NCBI GenBank assembly: GCA_964016885.1
Contig: OZ024762.1
Location: 14,632,001 to 14,696,000, forward strand
Length of the DNA: 64,000 bases
Reading direction: 5' to 3'
Source: Eledone cirrhosa
Lineage: Eukaryota
Below, one piece after another: positions 1 through 14,620 of this stretch (its first letter is position 1; each line of letters begins with the position of its first letter). The position numbers and the translations under genes are program-made. The notes below the pieces were generated by a model. That model was given only the letters and a program-made list of their open reading frames with translations, made no database searches and was not told the origin of the DNA.

Positions 1-715
1 CGTATACATGTATATACATACATACGTATACATGTATATACATACATACGTATACATGTATATACATACATAGGTATACATGTTTATACATACATACGTA
101 TACATGTTTATACATACATGCGTATACATGTATATACATACATACGTATACATGTATACACATACATACGTATACATGTATACACATACATACGTATACA
201 TGTATACACACATACGTATACATGTATATACATACATACATACGTATACATGTATATACATACATACGTATACATGTATATACATACATACGTATACATG
301 TATAGACATACATACGTATACATGTATAGACATACATACGTATACATGTATAGACACACATACGTATACATGTATATACATACATACGTATACATGTATA
401 TACATACATACGTATACATGTATAGACATACATACGTATACATGTATAGACATACATACGTATACATGTATATACATACATACGTATACATGTATAGACA
501 TACATACGTATACATGTATATACACACATACGTATACATGTATATACATACATACGTATACATGTATGTATACATGTATATACATACATACGTATACATG
601 TATATACATACATACGTATACATGTATATACATACATACGTATACATGTATATACATACATATGTATACATGTATATACATACATACGTATACATGTATA
701 TACATATATATACAT
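1..715. repeat. 24-bp minisatellite (CGTATACATGTATATACATACATA)n
   Basis: Directly visible tandem unit; gives the 8-aa periodic spurious ORFs. Confidence 0.95.
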
Positions 716-746
716 ATATATATGCAAATACATCTACACCTTTTTG

Positions 747-777
<31 letters not shown>

Positions 778-871
778 ACGCTGTGGCTGTGCATTCTAAT
801 AAATATTGCCTGTACAAGTAATCAAAGTATGTATACATCGTTTGGAACACCGTGTGTGTATATATATACAC

Positions 872-967
<96 letters not shown>

Positions 968-1239
968 ATACATGGACATTGTTTAATAACGAAATAAGAA
1001 AAATAAAGTGTGGTATTATATGTATACACACACACACATACACACATATTATGTATACATACTCATATATATATGTGTGTGTGTGTTTGTGTTTGTCATA
1101 TATACGCGCGCTTTTCGGGTGCATATGAATGAGGGAGGGTGGAAAGGGTGGGGGACAATGAAACTGGAGAAATGACCTTTCTATGAACCCAAAACTGTGA
1201 CAATAGAGGGCCACCATCCACTACCCTCAGCTTTTATTT

Positions 1240-1895
1240 CCCCACCACCACCATCATTACCAACTACAAACCACCACCACTACTATCATTACCAACTACA
1301 CTGTACTGTACAACACTCCACCACCATTACCAACTACATTACCACCACCACCACCACCACCACCACCACCACCACCACCACCACCACAATTACCAACTAC
1401 ATTACCACCACCACCATCACCACCAACTACATTACCACAACCACCACCACCACCACCACCAACTACATTACCACAACCACCACCACCACCACCACTACCT
1501 ACACCACCATTACCACCACCACCACCTACACCACCATTACCAACCACCACCACCACCTACACTACCACAACCACCACCACCACCGACTACATTACCACCA
1601 CCACCACCTACACCACCATTACCAACCACCACCACCACCACCTACACTACCACAACCACCACCACACCCACCACCACCTACACCACCATTACCAACCACC
1701 ACCACCACCTACACTACCACAACCACCACCACCACCGACTACATTACCACCACCACCACCTACACCACCATTACCAACCACCACCACCACCACCTACACT
1801 ACCACAACCACCACCACACCCACCACCACCTACACCACCATTACCAACTACAATAGCACAACCACCACCACCACCGACACCACCGCCACCTACAC
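1240..1895. repeat. Degenerate (CAC/TAC)n low-complexity tract
   Basis: Trinucleotide runs with short higher-order repeats. Confidence 0.9.
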
Positions 1896-2287
1896 CACGA
1901 CTATGTTTTGAAGATGAATTAATTGTGAGGTGGAGGTGGTGAAAACAAATGGCGATGCAGATGGGGGGGGGCGAGAGTGTGGGGGAAACAAACAGGGAAA
2001 GAGAGAGAACGCATGGAGGTGTAGGGACATGATGAAGTTGGGGGGGGGGGGGTACACGGAGGTGTGGCGAGGTAAGGGGGATGGTGTGGGCTGTGAGACA
2101 GAATACATGGGGGGAAGGTAAGTAGGGAGGTGTCGGGGATGAGGGGCTGTGAGAAATGGAAAGGGAAGGTTTAGGGGTTCCTTTATTTTTCTGCTCAATA
2201 ATAAAAGAAAAGGGGTCAAGTGAGAAAGAGGGGAAAAAAGTGGAACGGATGTGGTGGTGGTGGGACAGCAAGATAACTACACGACAC

Positions 2288-2338
<51 letters not shown>

Positions 2339-2367
2339 GATATATATCATCATCATCGTTTAACGTC

Positions 2368-2409
<42 letters not shown>

Positions 2410-2574
2410 ATATATAGTAAGAAACACAGTAAACCGTGTCTAAAATTACAAGGGTTGAAAAACTATATATTATTAATCGGCTCAGTATTTATACTTTGAG
2501 CTTAATAGTTACAGGGTTCCAATTGAGTTTTAACTCTAATTTTCATATATATATATATATATGTATGTATATAT

Positions 2575-4057
2575 ATAATTGTTTCTATTTTAGGCACAAG
2601 GCCATCAAATACCAAGTGTATTACTGGTACTTTGTTTTATCGACCCCGTAAGGATGAAAGGCAAAGTTAACCTCGGCGGGATTTGAACTCAGATCGTAAA
2701 GGGATGTAACTCTATGCTTCAAAGCATGGTGTCCGACTATCTACCGATACTGCTAATCCACCACCCTTGATATATAATAGTAATAATTGTTTCTACTTTA
2801 GGCACAAGGCCAGCAATTATCTCAGGGTATTACTGGTACTTTATTTTATCGACCCCGTAAGGATGAAAGGCAAAGTCTAGTAATAATTGTTTCTACGTTA
2901 GGCACAAGGCCAGCAATCACCGAGTGCATTACTGGTACTTTATTTTATCCACCCCGTAAGGATGAAATAATGCTATATTATTATAATAATAATAAATGTT
3001 TCTACGTTAGGCACAAGGCCAGCAAATAACCAGTGCATTACTGGTACTTTATTTTATCGACGCCGTAAGGATGAAAGGCAAAGTCAACCTCGGCGGGATT
3101 TGAACTCAGATCGTAAAGGGACGTAACTATGCTGGAAAGCATGGCGTCCGACCCTAATAATAAGTAATAATAATAAATGTGAAGACTAAAATCCAAAGGG
3201 GGCTCGATAAGGATAAATATATATATATATATATTAAAATAACAGATTAAATTTTAAGCAAAGAACCGCTGCTTTCACCCTTAACCAGAAGATCCCGTTA
3301 AGAGTGAAAGCAGCGTTTCTTTGCTTAAACTTTAATCTGTTATTTTAATATATATATATATATATATATGTGATAATAATGGAGCTGCGGCGTTGCAAAT
3401 GGGTTACATATGAAAAAGTTTGTCCTTCATCGGTGATCTTCCAACCACATGTATGTATATATGGTCCCGTGACTTCTGATAGGGTTGTAGGGGCGCCTCC
3501 AACCCCCACCAGGAGTTAAGAGTCCACAGATAGCACATAATTGTTTCTACTTTTGACACAAGGCCAGCAATTACTACTGGTACTTTATTTTACCGACCCC
3601 TTAAGGATGAAAGGCAAAGTTAACCCCGACGGGATTTGAACTCATTCCGTAAAGGGACCTAACTATGCTAGAAAGCATGGGAGCCCAACCCTCCACCGAT
3701 ACTGCCAATTCACCGCCATCAGATAGTACATAATGTAATATTATATAATTGTTTCTACTTTAGGCACAAGGCCAGCAATCTCCCAGTGTATTACTGGTAC
3801 TTTATTTTATCGACCCCTTAAGAATGAAAGGCAAAGTTAACCCCGACGGGATTTGAACTCATTCCGTAAAGGGACCTAACTATGCTAGAAAGCATGGAGC
3901 CCAACCCTCCACCGATACTGCCAATTCACCGCCATCAGATAGTACATAATGTAATATTATATAATTGTTTCTACTTTAGGCACAAGGCCAGCAATTACTC
4001 AGTGCATTACTGGTACTTTATTTTATCGACCCCGTAAGGATGAAAGGCAAAGTCAAC

Positions 4058-4060
<3 letters not shown>
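2575..4060 (-). mobile_element. Cluster of about 7 full or partial copies of tRNA-derived SINE family A
   Basis: Repeated GTTTCTACTTTAGGCACAAGGCC...TACTGGTACTTTATTTTATCGACCCCGTAAGGATGAAAGGCAAAG...GGATTTGAACTC (reverse B-box); 3540-3960 is a local direct duplication. Confidence 0.88.
3165..3352. mobile_element. Fold-back (palindromic) repeat family P1, copy 1
   Basis: Inverted arms TTAAAATAACAGATTAAA...GCTGCTTTCAC / GTGAAAGCAGCG...TTTAATCTGTTATTTTAA; same family at 45648, 48868, 62022. Confidence 0.8.
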
Positions 4061-4099
<39 letters not shown>

Positions 4100-4459
4100 G
4101 TATGTCTGTATGGTCCAGTAACACCTGAAAAAGTCTTAGGGGTACCGTATTGACATACGGCGTTTCTTGGGCAGTTTAAACCTGGCGGAGCCCATCTCCT
4201 TCCTCCCCGGGCCTGAATACAGTAGATTTCTTCCAGAAATATATACAGAGAGTGAGAGGACATGAGAAACAGATATAGAGGAAGAATCGACAAAATTGAC
4301 ATCGGCGGGATTTGAACTCGCGAGTATTCTATCTGATGTTCTAACGACTGCCAATTCGCTGCCCATACAGACAAACATAAGTATTTACCTAGTTGATGTC
4401 TACATTCCAATGAAGGAGTCTTGTTTGTGTTAGAAACCAGCTCTCTCTATATAAATATA

Positions 4460-4986
4460 CTAGCAGTAAAGCCCGGCGTTGCTCGGGGTCGCTCAGTAGC
4501 TGTGTTAAAGTTACAATGTTAAGTTTCTTTTTTGGCTTAAAAACTGTAGTGTCTACTGTGCAGACTTGCATGTGGTGTTTTTGATTAATATTCCCTCAAC
4601 CAACAATATGCCTTATGAAGTTAAGAAAACATAACGATAACCCGAATGTTATAACAAAAGAGGATGCTGGGGATAAAAACTGCACTGGTTATTTATTAAC
4701 AAAGATCGAAAATGTAAACACTGCAACGCAGAGAAAAACAACGTAAGACGCTCAATGTAAACAGAACAAAGGGAAATAACTCGTCACTTACGCTCAAAAA
4801 TCGATACATTAGATTCGATTTCGTCACATAGGGTGGGTCAATTTGAAATATTTTTTTTCCGATGTCTTCGCTAGGGCTCAATGTACAAGTATAGCAATTT
4901 CGGTGCAATTCCGTGAGAGATTCTAAGAGGAGATGTGTGCCAAAAATCGATAGACAGACAGACAACCACAGCTTTATATATATAGA
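4460..4986 (-). mobile_element. Complete non-autonomous Helitron (about 527 bp)
   Basis: On minus strand: 5' A|TCTATATATATAAAG, 3' hairpin CCCGAGCAACGCCGGG then CTAG|T; inserted between A and T, no TSD. Confidence 0.85.
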
Positions 4987-5303
4987 TTGGTGGACATTTA
5001 TAAAATAATAAACCCAGAAGAACATTCACAAAAGGGCTAACTAAACCCTCGAAAAACATACATATACCTCTCCAACACAAGAGAGTTTATAATATTTTGT
5101 TTGATGGCCCTGACGTCTCTCTTCTTTAAAATATAGATACTCCGGTTGATACCTTATCCATAACATTCTAAGGAATACAAACCGCCGAGTGCTTTTACGT
5201 CTGGGGTCCTGACTCTTTTCCTATTACCCACTCTACCACCCTGTAGAGTATTGAGTACTCTGGTGCGTTATGGTCCATCTGGTATCTTACCACACCTTCT
5301 TTG

Positions 5304-5371
<68 letters not shown>

Positions 5372-5439
5372 ATATTCTGGACCCCCCCCCCCCCCCCCGA
5401 CGGCTGGAGCTCATTCTTGTTTTAAGAAAGTAAAATAGA

Positions 5440-8017
5440 TCCCCATCCCACTACTCCTACCCTCACCCATCCACACCACCCCTTTCGATGTGAAGGTATG
5501 TTGGTACCACAACATCCAATCCTAAATAAATGAGGTCGTGTAGGTGTCACGACATAAAAAAAAAACACAGTCCACGCTGTAATGTGGCCGTGTAGGTAAC
5601 ACGGTAAAAACCTCCCAGTTCCACACTGTAAATGTGGTTGGTGTTAGGAAGGGCATCCAGCCGTAGAAAACCCGCCAGACGTGTAGGTGTCACGACAAAA
5701 AAACACACAGTCCACGCTGTAATGTGGCCGTGTAGGTAACACGGTAAAAACCTCCCAGTTCCACACTGTAAATGTGGTTGGTGTTAGGAAGGGCATCCAG
5801 CCGTAGAAAACCCGCCAGACGTGTAGGTGTCACGACAAAAAAACACACAGTCCACGCTGTAATGTGGCCGTGTAGGTAACACGGTAAAAACCTCCCAGTT
5901 CCACACTGTAAATGTGGTTGGTGTTAGGAAGGGCATCCAGCCGTAGAAAACCCGCCAGACGTGTAGGTGTCACGACAAAAAAACACAGTCCACGCTGTAA
6001 TGTGGCCGTGTAGGTAACACGGTAAAAACCTCCCAGTTCCACACTGTAAATGTGGTTGGTGTTAGGAAGGGCATCCAGCCGTAGAAAACCCGCCAGACGT
6101 GTAGGTGTCACGACAAAAAAACACACAGTCCACGCTGTAATGTGGCCGTGTAGGTAACACGGTAAAAACCTCCCAGTTCCACACTGTAAATGTGGTTGGT
6201 GTTAGGAAGGGCATCCAGCCGTAGAAAACCCGCCAGACGTGTAGGTGTCACGACAAAAAAACACACAGTCCACGCTGTAATGTGGCCGTGTAGGTAACAC
6301 GGTAAAAACCTCCCAGTCCACGCTGTAAACGTGGTTGGTGTTGGGAAGGGCATCCAGCCGTAGAAAACCCGCCAGACGTGTAGGTGTCACGACAAAAAAA
6401 CACACAGTCCACGCTGTAATGTGGCCGTGTAGGTAACACGGTAAAAACCTCCCAGTTCCACACTGTAAATGTGGTTGGTGTTAGGAAGGGCATCCAGCCG
6501 TAGAAAACCCGCCAGACGTGTAGGTGTCACGACAAAAAAACACACAGTCCACGCTGTAATGTGGCCGTGTAGGTAACACGGTAAAAACCTCCCAGTTCCA
6601 CACTGTAAATGTGGTTGGTGTTAGGAAGGGCATCCAGCCGTAGAAAACCCGCCAGACGTGTAGGTGTCACGACAAAAAAACACACAGTCCACGCTGTAAT
6701 GTGGCCGTGTAGGTAACACGGTAAAAACCTCCCAGTTCCACACTGTAAATGTGGTTGGTGTTAGGAAGGGCATCCAGCCGTAGAAAACCCGCCAGACGTG
6801 TAGGTGTCACGACAAAAAAACACAGTCCACGCTGTAATGTGGCCGTGTAGGTAACACGGTAAAAACCTCCCAGTTCCACACTGTAAATGTGGTTGGTGTT
6901 AGGAAGGGCATCCAGCCGTAGAAAACCCGCCAGACGTGTAGGTGTCACGACAAAAAAACACACAGTCCACGCTGTAATGTGGCCGTGTAGGTAACACGGT
7001 AAAAACCTCCCAGTTCCACACTGTAAATGTGGTTGGTGTTAGGAAGGGCATCCAGCCGTAGAAAACCCGCCAGACGTGTAGGTGTCACGACAAAAAAACA
7101 CACAGTCCACGCTGTAATGTGGCCGTGTAGGTAACACGGTAAAAACCTCCCAGTCCACGCTGTAAACGTGGTTGGTGTTGGGAAGGGCATCCAGCCGTAG
7201 AAAACCCGCCAGACGTGTAGGTGTCACGACAAAAAAACACACAGTCCACGCTGTAATGTGGCCGTGTAGGTAACACGGTAAAAACCTCCCAGTTCCACAC
7301 TGTAAATGTGGTTGGTGTTAGGAAGGGCATCCAGCCGTAGAAAACCCGCCAGACGTGTAGGTGTCACGACAAAAAAACACACAGTCCACGCTGTAATGTG
7401 GCCGTGTAGGTAACACGGTAAAAACCTCCCAGTTCCACACTGTAAATGTGGTTGGTGTTAGGAAGGGCATCCAGCCGTAGAAAACCCGCCAGACGTGTAG
7501 GTGTCACGACAAAAAAACACACAGTCCACGCTGTAATGTGGCCGTGTAGGTAACACGGTAAAAACCTCCCAGTCCACGCTGTAAACGTGGTTGGTGTTGG
7601 GAAGGGCATCCAGCCGTAGAAAACCCGCCAGACGTGTAGGTGTCACGACAAAAAAACACACAGTCCACGCTGTAATGTGGCCGTGTAGGTAACACGGTAA
7701 AAACCTCCCAGTTCCACACTGTAAATGTGGTTGGTGTTAGGAAGGGCATCCAGCCGTAGAAAACCCGCCAGACGTGTAGGTGTCACGACAAAAAAACACA
7801 CAGTCCACGCTGTAATGTGGCCGTGTAGGTAACACGGTAAAAACCTCCCAGTTCCACACTGTAAATGTGGTTGGTGTTAGGAAGAGCATCCAGCCGTAGA
7901 AAACCTGCCAGACAGTCTTATACGGGCAAGACGACCAATCTTGCCTCGAGTGGGACAATTCCCGTCTAAACACATGCTATCGTGGAAGATAGATGTTAAA
8001 CGATGATGATGATGATG

Positions 8018-8020
<3 letters not shown>
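5440..8020 (+). mobile_element. SINE-like retroposon family C ((GAT)n tail) with an internal segment amplified into a tandem array
   Basis: GGTTGGTGTTAGGAAGGGCATCCAGCCGTAGAAAA core, ends GTTAAACGATGATGATG; unamplified copy at 24186-24450. Confidence 0.8.
5538..7910 (+). repeat. Tandem array of about 17 units of about 140 bp, with higher-order structure
   Basis: Near-identical units; variant monomers recur at 837-bp spacing (also reflected in the ORF track). Confidence 0.95.
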
Positions 8021-8086
<66 letters not shown>

Positions 8087-8227
8087 ATATATATCAAGAA
8101 GAACAAAAGTAGGTTTTTATACATCAGGCTCATGAGAAACCTCGTTTTATTCTTAATATATACAGTTATAGCACATAATACTAATCCACACACACACACA
8201 CACACACGCGCGCGCGTGTGTGTGTAT

Positions 8228-8392
8228 GTGGATTGGCAAAGTCGGTAGAGCGTCGGACACTATGGTTTACGGTATAGAGTTACAGCCCTTTATGTTGTGA
8301 GTTCAAATCCCGCCGAGGTTAGCTTTGCCTTTCATCCTTACGGGGTCGATAAAATAAAGTACCAGTGCTACACTGTGGCAGATTTAATCGAC
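8228..8392 (+). mobile_element. SINE family A copy
   Basis: A-box-like TGGCAAAGTCGG, B-box GAGTTCAAATCC, central GCCTTTCATCCTTACGGGGTCGATAAAATAAAGTACCAG. Confidence 0.85.
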
Positions 8393-9630
8393 GTTTTCCT
8401 CTCTCGAATGTTCTTTTCCTTCACTATATGTGTATGAGTGAGTGTGTATGTATGTATGTGTGTCTGTATATATGTGAGTGAGTGTGTGTGTATATGTGTG
8501 AGTGAGTGTGTGTGTGTATGTGCGTGCGTGTATATATGTGAGTGTGTGTGCGTTTGTATGAGTGAGTGTGTGTCTGTGTGTGTGTATGTATGTGTTTGTA
8601 TGTATGGTGTATGTATGTGTGTATATGTATGTATGTGTGTATGTATGTGTCTTTGTGTATGTATATATGTATGTGTGTGTTTGTGTCTGTATGTGTGTGT
8701 GTGTATGTGTCTGTATGTATGTGTGTATGTATATGTATGTATGTGTGTGTCTGTATGTATGTATGTATGTATGTGTGTCTGTGTGTCTGTGTGTATGTGT
8801 GTCTGTGTGTTAACTCCATTGATATTTCATGTTAATTATGTAAACATTACCAACGTCACATTCAAAGTACAGGTGCGCGCGCAGCTTTCCCTCTCTCCCT
8901 CCCTCTCTCTGTGACTGTGTGGTTGTGTGTCTGTGACTGTGTGGTTGTGTGTCTGAGACTGTGAGTGTGTGTCTGTGAGTGTGTGGTTGTGTGTCTGTGA
9001 CTGTGTGAGTGTGTGGTGTGTGTGGTTGTGTGTCTGTGTCTGTGAGTGTGTGGTGTGTGTGGTTGTGTGTCTGTGTCTGTGAGTGTGTGGTGTGTGTGGT
9101 TGTGTGTCTGTGTCTGTGAGTGTGTGGTGTGTGTGAGTGTGATATATAAGGAATTGCAGATCGCGGTGGTGGCGTGGAAACTGTGTGAGCGTTTGTGAGA
9201 AAGAGAGGGGGGAGTAAGAGGGGGGTGAGAGAGAGAGGGGGAGTAAGAGAGAGAGGAAGAGAGAGAGAGAGAAAGAGGGGGTGAGAGAGAGAGGGGGGAG
9301 TAAGAGAGAGAGATAGGGGGAGTAAGAGAGAGAGGAAGAGATAGAGAGAGAGAGGGAGGAAGAGTGTGTGTGTGTGTGTGTGTTTGAGTGAGAGGGTGTG
9401 ATTAGGTACACATATTCTTACATTGTACAATGTGTGTGTGTGTGTGTGGTAGTAAGTGTGTGTGGTTAAGTGCACATATATTCTTACATTGTGTAGTGTG
9501 TCTGTATGGTAGTGTGTGTGTGTACAGTGTGTGCGTGTCTGTGCACACATTCTTACATTGTGGAGTGAGTGTGTGTGTGTGTTTAGATTCTCACACATAC
9601 TCTTACAGTGTGTCTGTGGTGATGGTGGTG

Positions 9631-9683
<53 letters not shown>

Positions 9684-9928
9684 TGTGTTTAGAGTCTCAC
9701 ATACTCTTACAGTGTGTCTGTGGTGATGGTGGTGGAGTGTATGTGTGTGTGTGTGTGAGTGTGTTTAGAGTCTCACATACTCTTACAGTGTGCGTGTGGT
9801 GATGGAGGTGGTGGTGGTGGTGTGTGTGTGTGTGTGTGTGCCTGTTTGTGAGTGTGTTTAGCTACACACACATCTTTACATTGTGTACATGTATATATGA
9901 AGAGCACTATAAATACACACAGGCAGGG

Positions 9929-10003
<75 letters not shown>

Positions 10004-10139
10004 TTAATTTCGCTATATTTTCAAGGCCAGATCGAAGAAGTCGCTAGAGGGCCCTGGGCTACAGATAACAAGAGAACAACATTTGGTTGCCCTCAGCATC
10101 TGCTCACGAGAAACCTACCGAAAACTAAAAGTACATAGA

Positions 10140-10570
10140 AGGAAACCTACATATAGAACTATGCTGAGATTCCAGCATCCATCCATGACGGCCTCTAAAA
10201 CAGAGAGATGACACAGAAAAAGAGAAGCCACATTGAATGAACTAAGACTACAGGAAAATTTGCCCCTACCTGACAAGGACCTGGATAAAAATTAAGGGTT
10301 AAATGGAGACCCACGTGTAGAACGATGTTGAGATTCCAGCATCCATCCATGACCATCACAACAGAGAGACGATACAGAGGAAGGCCACATTGAATGAACT
10401 AAGGCGCCAGAAATAAGGCTACAGGAAAATTTTTTCCCTACCCGACAAGGAACTAAGGGTTAATGTAGACCTACATATAGAACGATGCTGAAATCCCTAC
10501 ATCGACTTATGTCGACCTCTAAAACAGAGACGACACTCAAAGAAAGGGCCAGATTAAATCAACTAAGGTC
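10140..10570 (+). repeat. Degenerate tandem repeat, about 3 units of about 160 bp
   Basis: Recurrent AGAACGATGCTGAGATTCCAGCATCC / AACAGAGA / CCACATTGAATGAACTAAG. Confidence 0.7.
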
Positions 10571-10726
10571 CATTCTTTTTATTCTTGCTCTTGCTTAACG
10601 AAGCCGGGGTCATTATAAACCAACGATCCTAAAGCAACGTTGTTCGTAGGTCCCTAGAACAGAAAACTTACCCCCACCCAACAAGCACCTGCCCACAAGA
10701 AACCTAATATCAATTAGAAGTTAATA

Positions 10727-10774
<48 letters not shown>

Positions 10775-10842
10775 CATGCGTGGGGATGCCATCGACCGCA
10801 TCTTAAAATGTGCAACAATGTAGACCTATGTATAGAATAATG

Positions 10843-11440
10843 GTTTCTACTTTACGCACAAGGTCAGCAATTTGAAGGGGAGGGTAAAGTCGAGTAAATC
10901 GACCCCAGCGCATTACTGGTACTTTATTTTATCGACTCCGTAAGGACGAAAGGCAGAGTAACCTCGGCGTGATATGAACTCAGTACTTAAAGGGCCTTAA
11001 CTCTGTGCTGCAAAGCATGTCAGACGCTCTACCGAATCTGCCAATCCACTGTCATTAACATAATAATAGTTTCTACTTTAGGCAATTTGGGGGAGTGTAA
11101 AGTCGATTAAATCAACCTCAGTACATTACTGGTACTTTATTTTATAGGACGAAAGGCAAAGCTAACCTCGGCGAGGATTGAACTCAGAACATAAAGGGCC
11201 TTAACTTTATGCTGCAAAGCGCGTTGTCCGACACTATGGAATAATGGTTTGTTATATAGGCACAATCCCAGCAATTTGGGGGGAGAGGAAAATCGATTAA
11301 ATCGATCCCAATGCATCACTGGTACTATATTTTATCGACCCTGTAAGGATGAAAGGCAAAGCTAACCTCGGCGGGATTTGAACTCAGATCATAAAGGGCC
11401 TTAACTCTATGCTGCAAAGAATGTTGGTCGGCGCTATAGA
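10843..11440 (-). mobile_element. Three head-to-tail SINE family A copies (longer subfamily)
   Basis: Repeated family A core with an extra GTCGATTAAATCGACCCCAG segment. Confidence 0.82.
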
Positions 11441-11490
11441 ATAATGATAAAGTTTCCGACATCAACACATGGCAAACTCTAAAACAGAGA

Positions 11491-12180
11491 TGATAGCCAA
11501 AGACTGGGCGAGGTTAATGTAGCTAGGGGTCTATGATAGCCAAAGACTGGGCGAGGTTAATGTAGCTAGGGGTCTATGATAGCCAAAGACTGGGCGAGGT
11601 TAATGTAGCTAGGGGTCTATGATAGCCAAAGACTGGGCGAGGTTAATGTAGCTAGGGGGTCTATGATAGCCAAAGACTGGGCGAGGTTAATGCAGCTAGG
11701 GGTCTCTGATAGCCAAAGACTGGGCGAGGTTAATGTAGCTAGGGGTCTATGATAGCCAAAGACTGGGCGAGGTTAATGCAGCTAGGGGTCTCTGATAGCC
11801 AAAGACTGGGCGAGGTTAATGTAGCTAGGGGTCTATGATAGCCAAAGACTGGGCGAGGTTAATGTAGCTAGGGGTCTCTGATAGCCAAAGACTGGGCGAG
11901 GTTAATGTAGCTAGGGGTCTATGATAGCCAAAGACTGGGCGAGGTTAATGTAGCTAGGGGTCTCTGATAGCCAAAGACTGGGCGAGGTTAATGTAGCTAG
12001 GGGTCTCTGATAGCCAAAGACTGGGCGAGGTTAATGTAGCTAGGGGTCTATGATAGCCAAAGACTGGGCGAGGTTAATGTAGCTAGGGGTCTCTGATAGC
12101 CAAAGACTGGGCGAGGTTAATGTAGCTAGGGGTCTATGATAGCCAAAGACTGGGCGAGGTTAATGTAGCTAGGGGTCTCT
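11491..12180. repeat. 43-bp minisatellite, about 16 copies
   Basis: Unit TGATAGCCAAAGACTGGGCGAGGTTAATGTAGCTAGGGGTCT(A/C). Confidence 0.95.
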
Positions 12181-12377
12181 GGGTTGGAGTTACTTGAAGG
12201 CCCACTGTACCTGTTCAAAGTACATTAATGTAGACTGACATATAGAGAGATGCTGACAACCCATGCCGACCCTAAAACAGAGCAGCGTAGGGGGACCCAA
12301 AGAGAGGTGACATGTAGGACGATGTTGTGCGCATATGTGCGTGGGTGGGTGAGTGTGTATGTATATATGTGTGTGTG

Positions 12378-12421
<44 letters not shown>

Positions 12422-12561
12422 CGTGTATTTGTGAGTGTGTTAGTGTGTATCTGTTAGTGTGTGAGTGTTAGTGTTAGTGTGTGTGTGAGAATGAGTGAGT
12501 GTGTGTGTGTGAGTGAGTGTTTGTGTTAGTGTTGTGTGTGTATCTGTGTGCGTGTGTATCT

Positions 12562-12593
<32 letters not shown>

Positions 12594-12648
12594 GAGGATA
12601 TCCGCAGATGAAAAGCCCAGGAAAACAGAGCCCAACCTACCACAAGAG

Positions 12649-12802
12649 AAAATTTCATACACTTCAACATGAATGCGTGACCTTGAGTTTCGAGGTCCAG
12701 TTATGGCCACCACTTAGAAGGACTCCTATACTATACAGTCGTGGAAATAATTTGACCCCGGATACTTAAGGTCGAGCATTCAAGTTAAGTGTATGAAATT
12801 TT
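12649..12802. mobile_element. Degenerate MITE-like inverted-repeat element
   Basis: Imperfect inverted repeats of about 48 bp: AAAATTTCATACACTT...GAGGTC / GACCCC...AAGTGTATGAAATTTT. Confidence 0.55.
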
Positions 12803-13087
12803 AATTATACTACATATATTTGTATATATCGTTGTTGTGGTTTAGACATGGCCACTGCATTCGGTAGATCTTTCTTGGTGTCACACTTGTTAACTGTTGT
12901 CTTTTACTCTATGGTCTCTGGACGATGATAATAATAATAATGAAATTATTGCGTACAGTTCTCAGGTGCACTACAACTTATCAAAGGTGCATGTATAGTA
13001 CATAGAATAATGTACAAATGTCAGGAAAGTGAACAGTGTATGAGACATGATAGAGGCAAGCCTTTTATCCTTCTGTTGTTAAAATAA

Positions 13088-13587
13088 AGTTTCTACTTTT
13101 GGCACAAGGCCATCAATTGCCCAGTGTATTACTGGTACTTTATTTTATCGACCCCGTAAGGATGAAAGGCAAAGTTAACCTCGGCGGGATTTGAACTCAG
13201 AATCGCAAGGGCCGTAACTCTATACGTCAAAGCATGGCGTCCGACCCTCTACCGATACTGCCAAATGTTCAAATGTTAGGAAAATGAACAGTGTACGAGT
13301 CATGAAATACATGAGTTCGTGATAATGTTTAGCTTATCGATATATTGAATGCTTTGTGATTGCCTCAAACAACTCGATTAGTACCTGCTTTATGGCAGTT
13401 ACAACTTCGATTCAGATGCCATATTATATATCTAATTTTTGAAGCATAGAGTTACCTCCCTGTATGATCTGAGTTCAAATCCCGCCGAGGTTAACTTTGC
13501 CTTTCATCCTTCCGGGGGTCGATAGAATAAAGTACCAGTAATGTACTAGGGAAATTGGTGGCCTTGTGCCAAAAGTAGAAACAATTA
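13088..13587. mobile_element. Two oppositely oriented SINE family A copies (13088-13263 minus, 13440-13587 plus)
   Basis: Family A core on both strands. Confidence 0.85.
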
Positions 13588-13702
13588 TATATCTAATCTA
13601 TCAATTTGTTATCACTCCCAGGTCTGCTCTGGCCCGGAGTAATTATTCCTGCTAGGGCCTGTTTTATGGGTTTAAGTTATTACCTTACGCCGGTAAGGTA
13701 TT

Positions 13703-13779
<77 letters not shown>

Positions 13780-14263
13780 AGAACAATGAAAACAAGACAT
13801 TGAGTTCTAACATTATCAGCCCTACATATATGTACACACACACACACACACACATATACAGCGAAAGACGCGTTCCGGACTTGTCTGACAGACAACCTTT
13901 TCACCCACCCCGGAAAAAAACCCCAGTTGATGGATGTGAATCCGAAATATATAGGGACTATTAAATCTCTCCCAAGGTAACTCTCTCTTGTGTTGTTATT
14001 TTTATTTTTATCCTTTATACTCTTCCCTTCATTCTACACATCTCACACATCTTATACACACCACGCACCTCAACGTACACCCACTTACATCTCTCTCTCC
14101 ACCACCGGACCTTGTTACCCGGAAATTTACCCATTTGCATTGTCGAGGCTTCCAAACGACTTAAAGATATTTACATATATATATATATATATATATACAT
14201 ACACTTTTTGATGAGTTGTAGTGCACCTGAGCACTGTACACAATATTTCATTATTATTATTAT

Positions 14264-14341
<78 letters not shown>

Positions 14342-14620
14342 AGTAGTGGAGTGCTGCAGCCCACTTCACTCAAGTGTAAATCTGTAACTGCATTAATTTG
14401 CTAAGTAGTCATAGGTCACCCTTGGCCGGGCAGTCTAATGGTCAAAGGGGGTTCCAGGATAAAGACGATTTCACTGCCCTGTGTGCCCGCCCCGAGGTAC
14501 GGTTGGATAGCGCATTGGATGGTCATTTCCGATATGTTTAACGACCGAGTATACATACATACACACGTATGTAAAAAGTAACAGAAATATCAAAGCACGG
14601 ACACACATATAAATATATAT

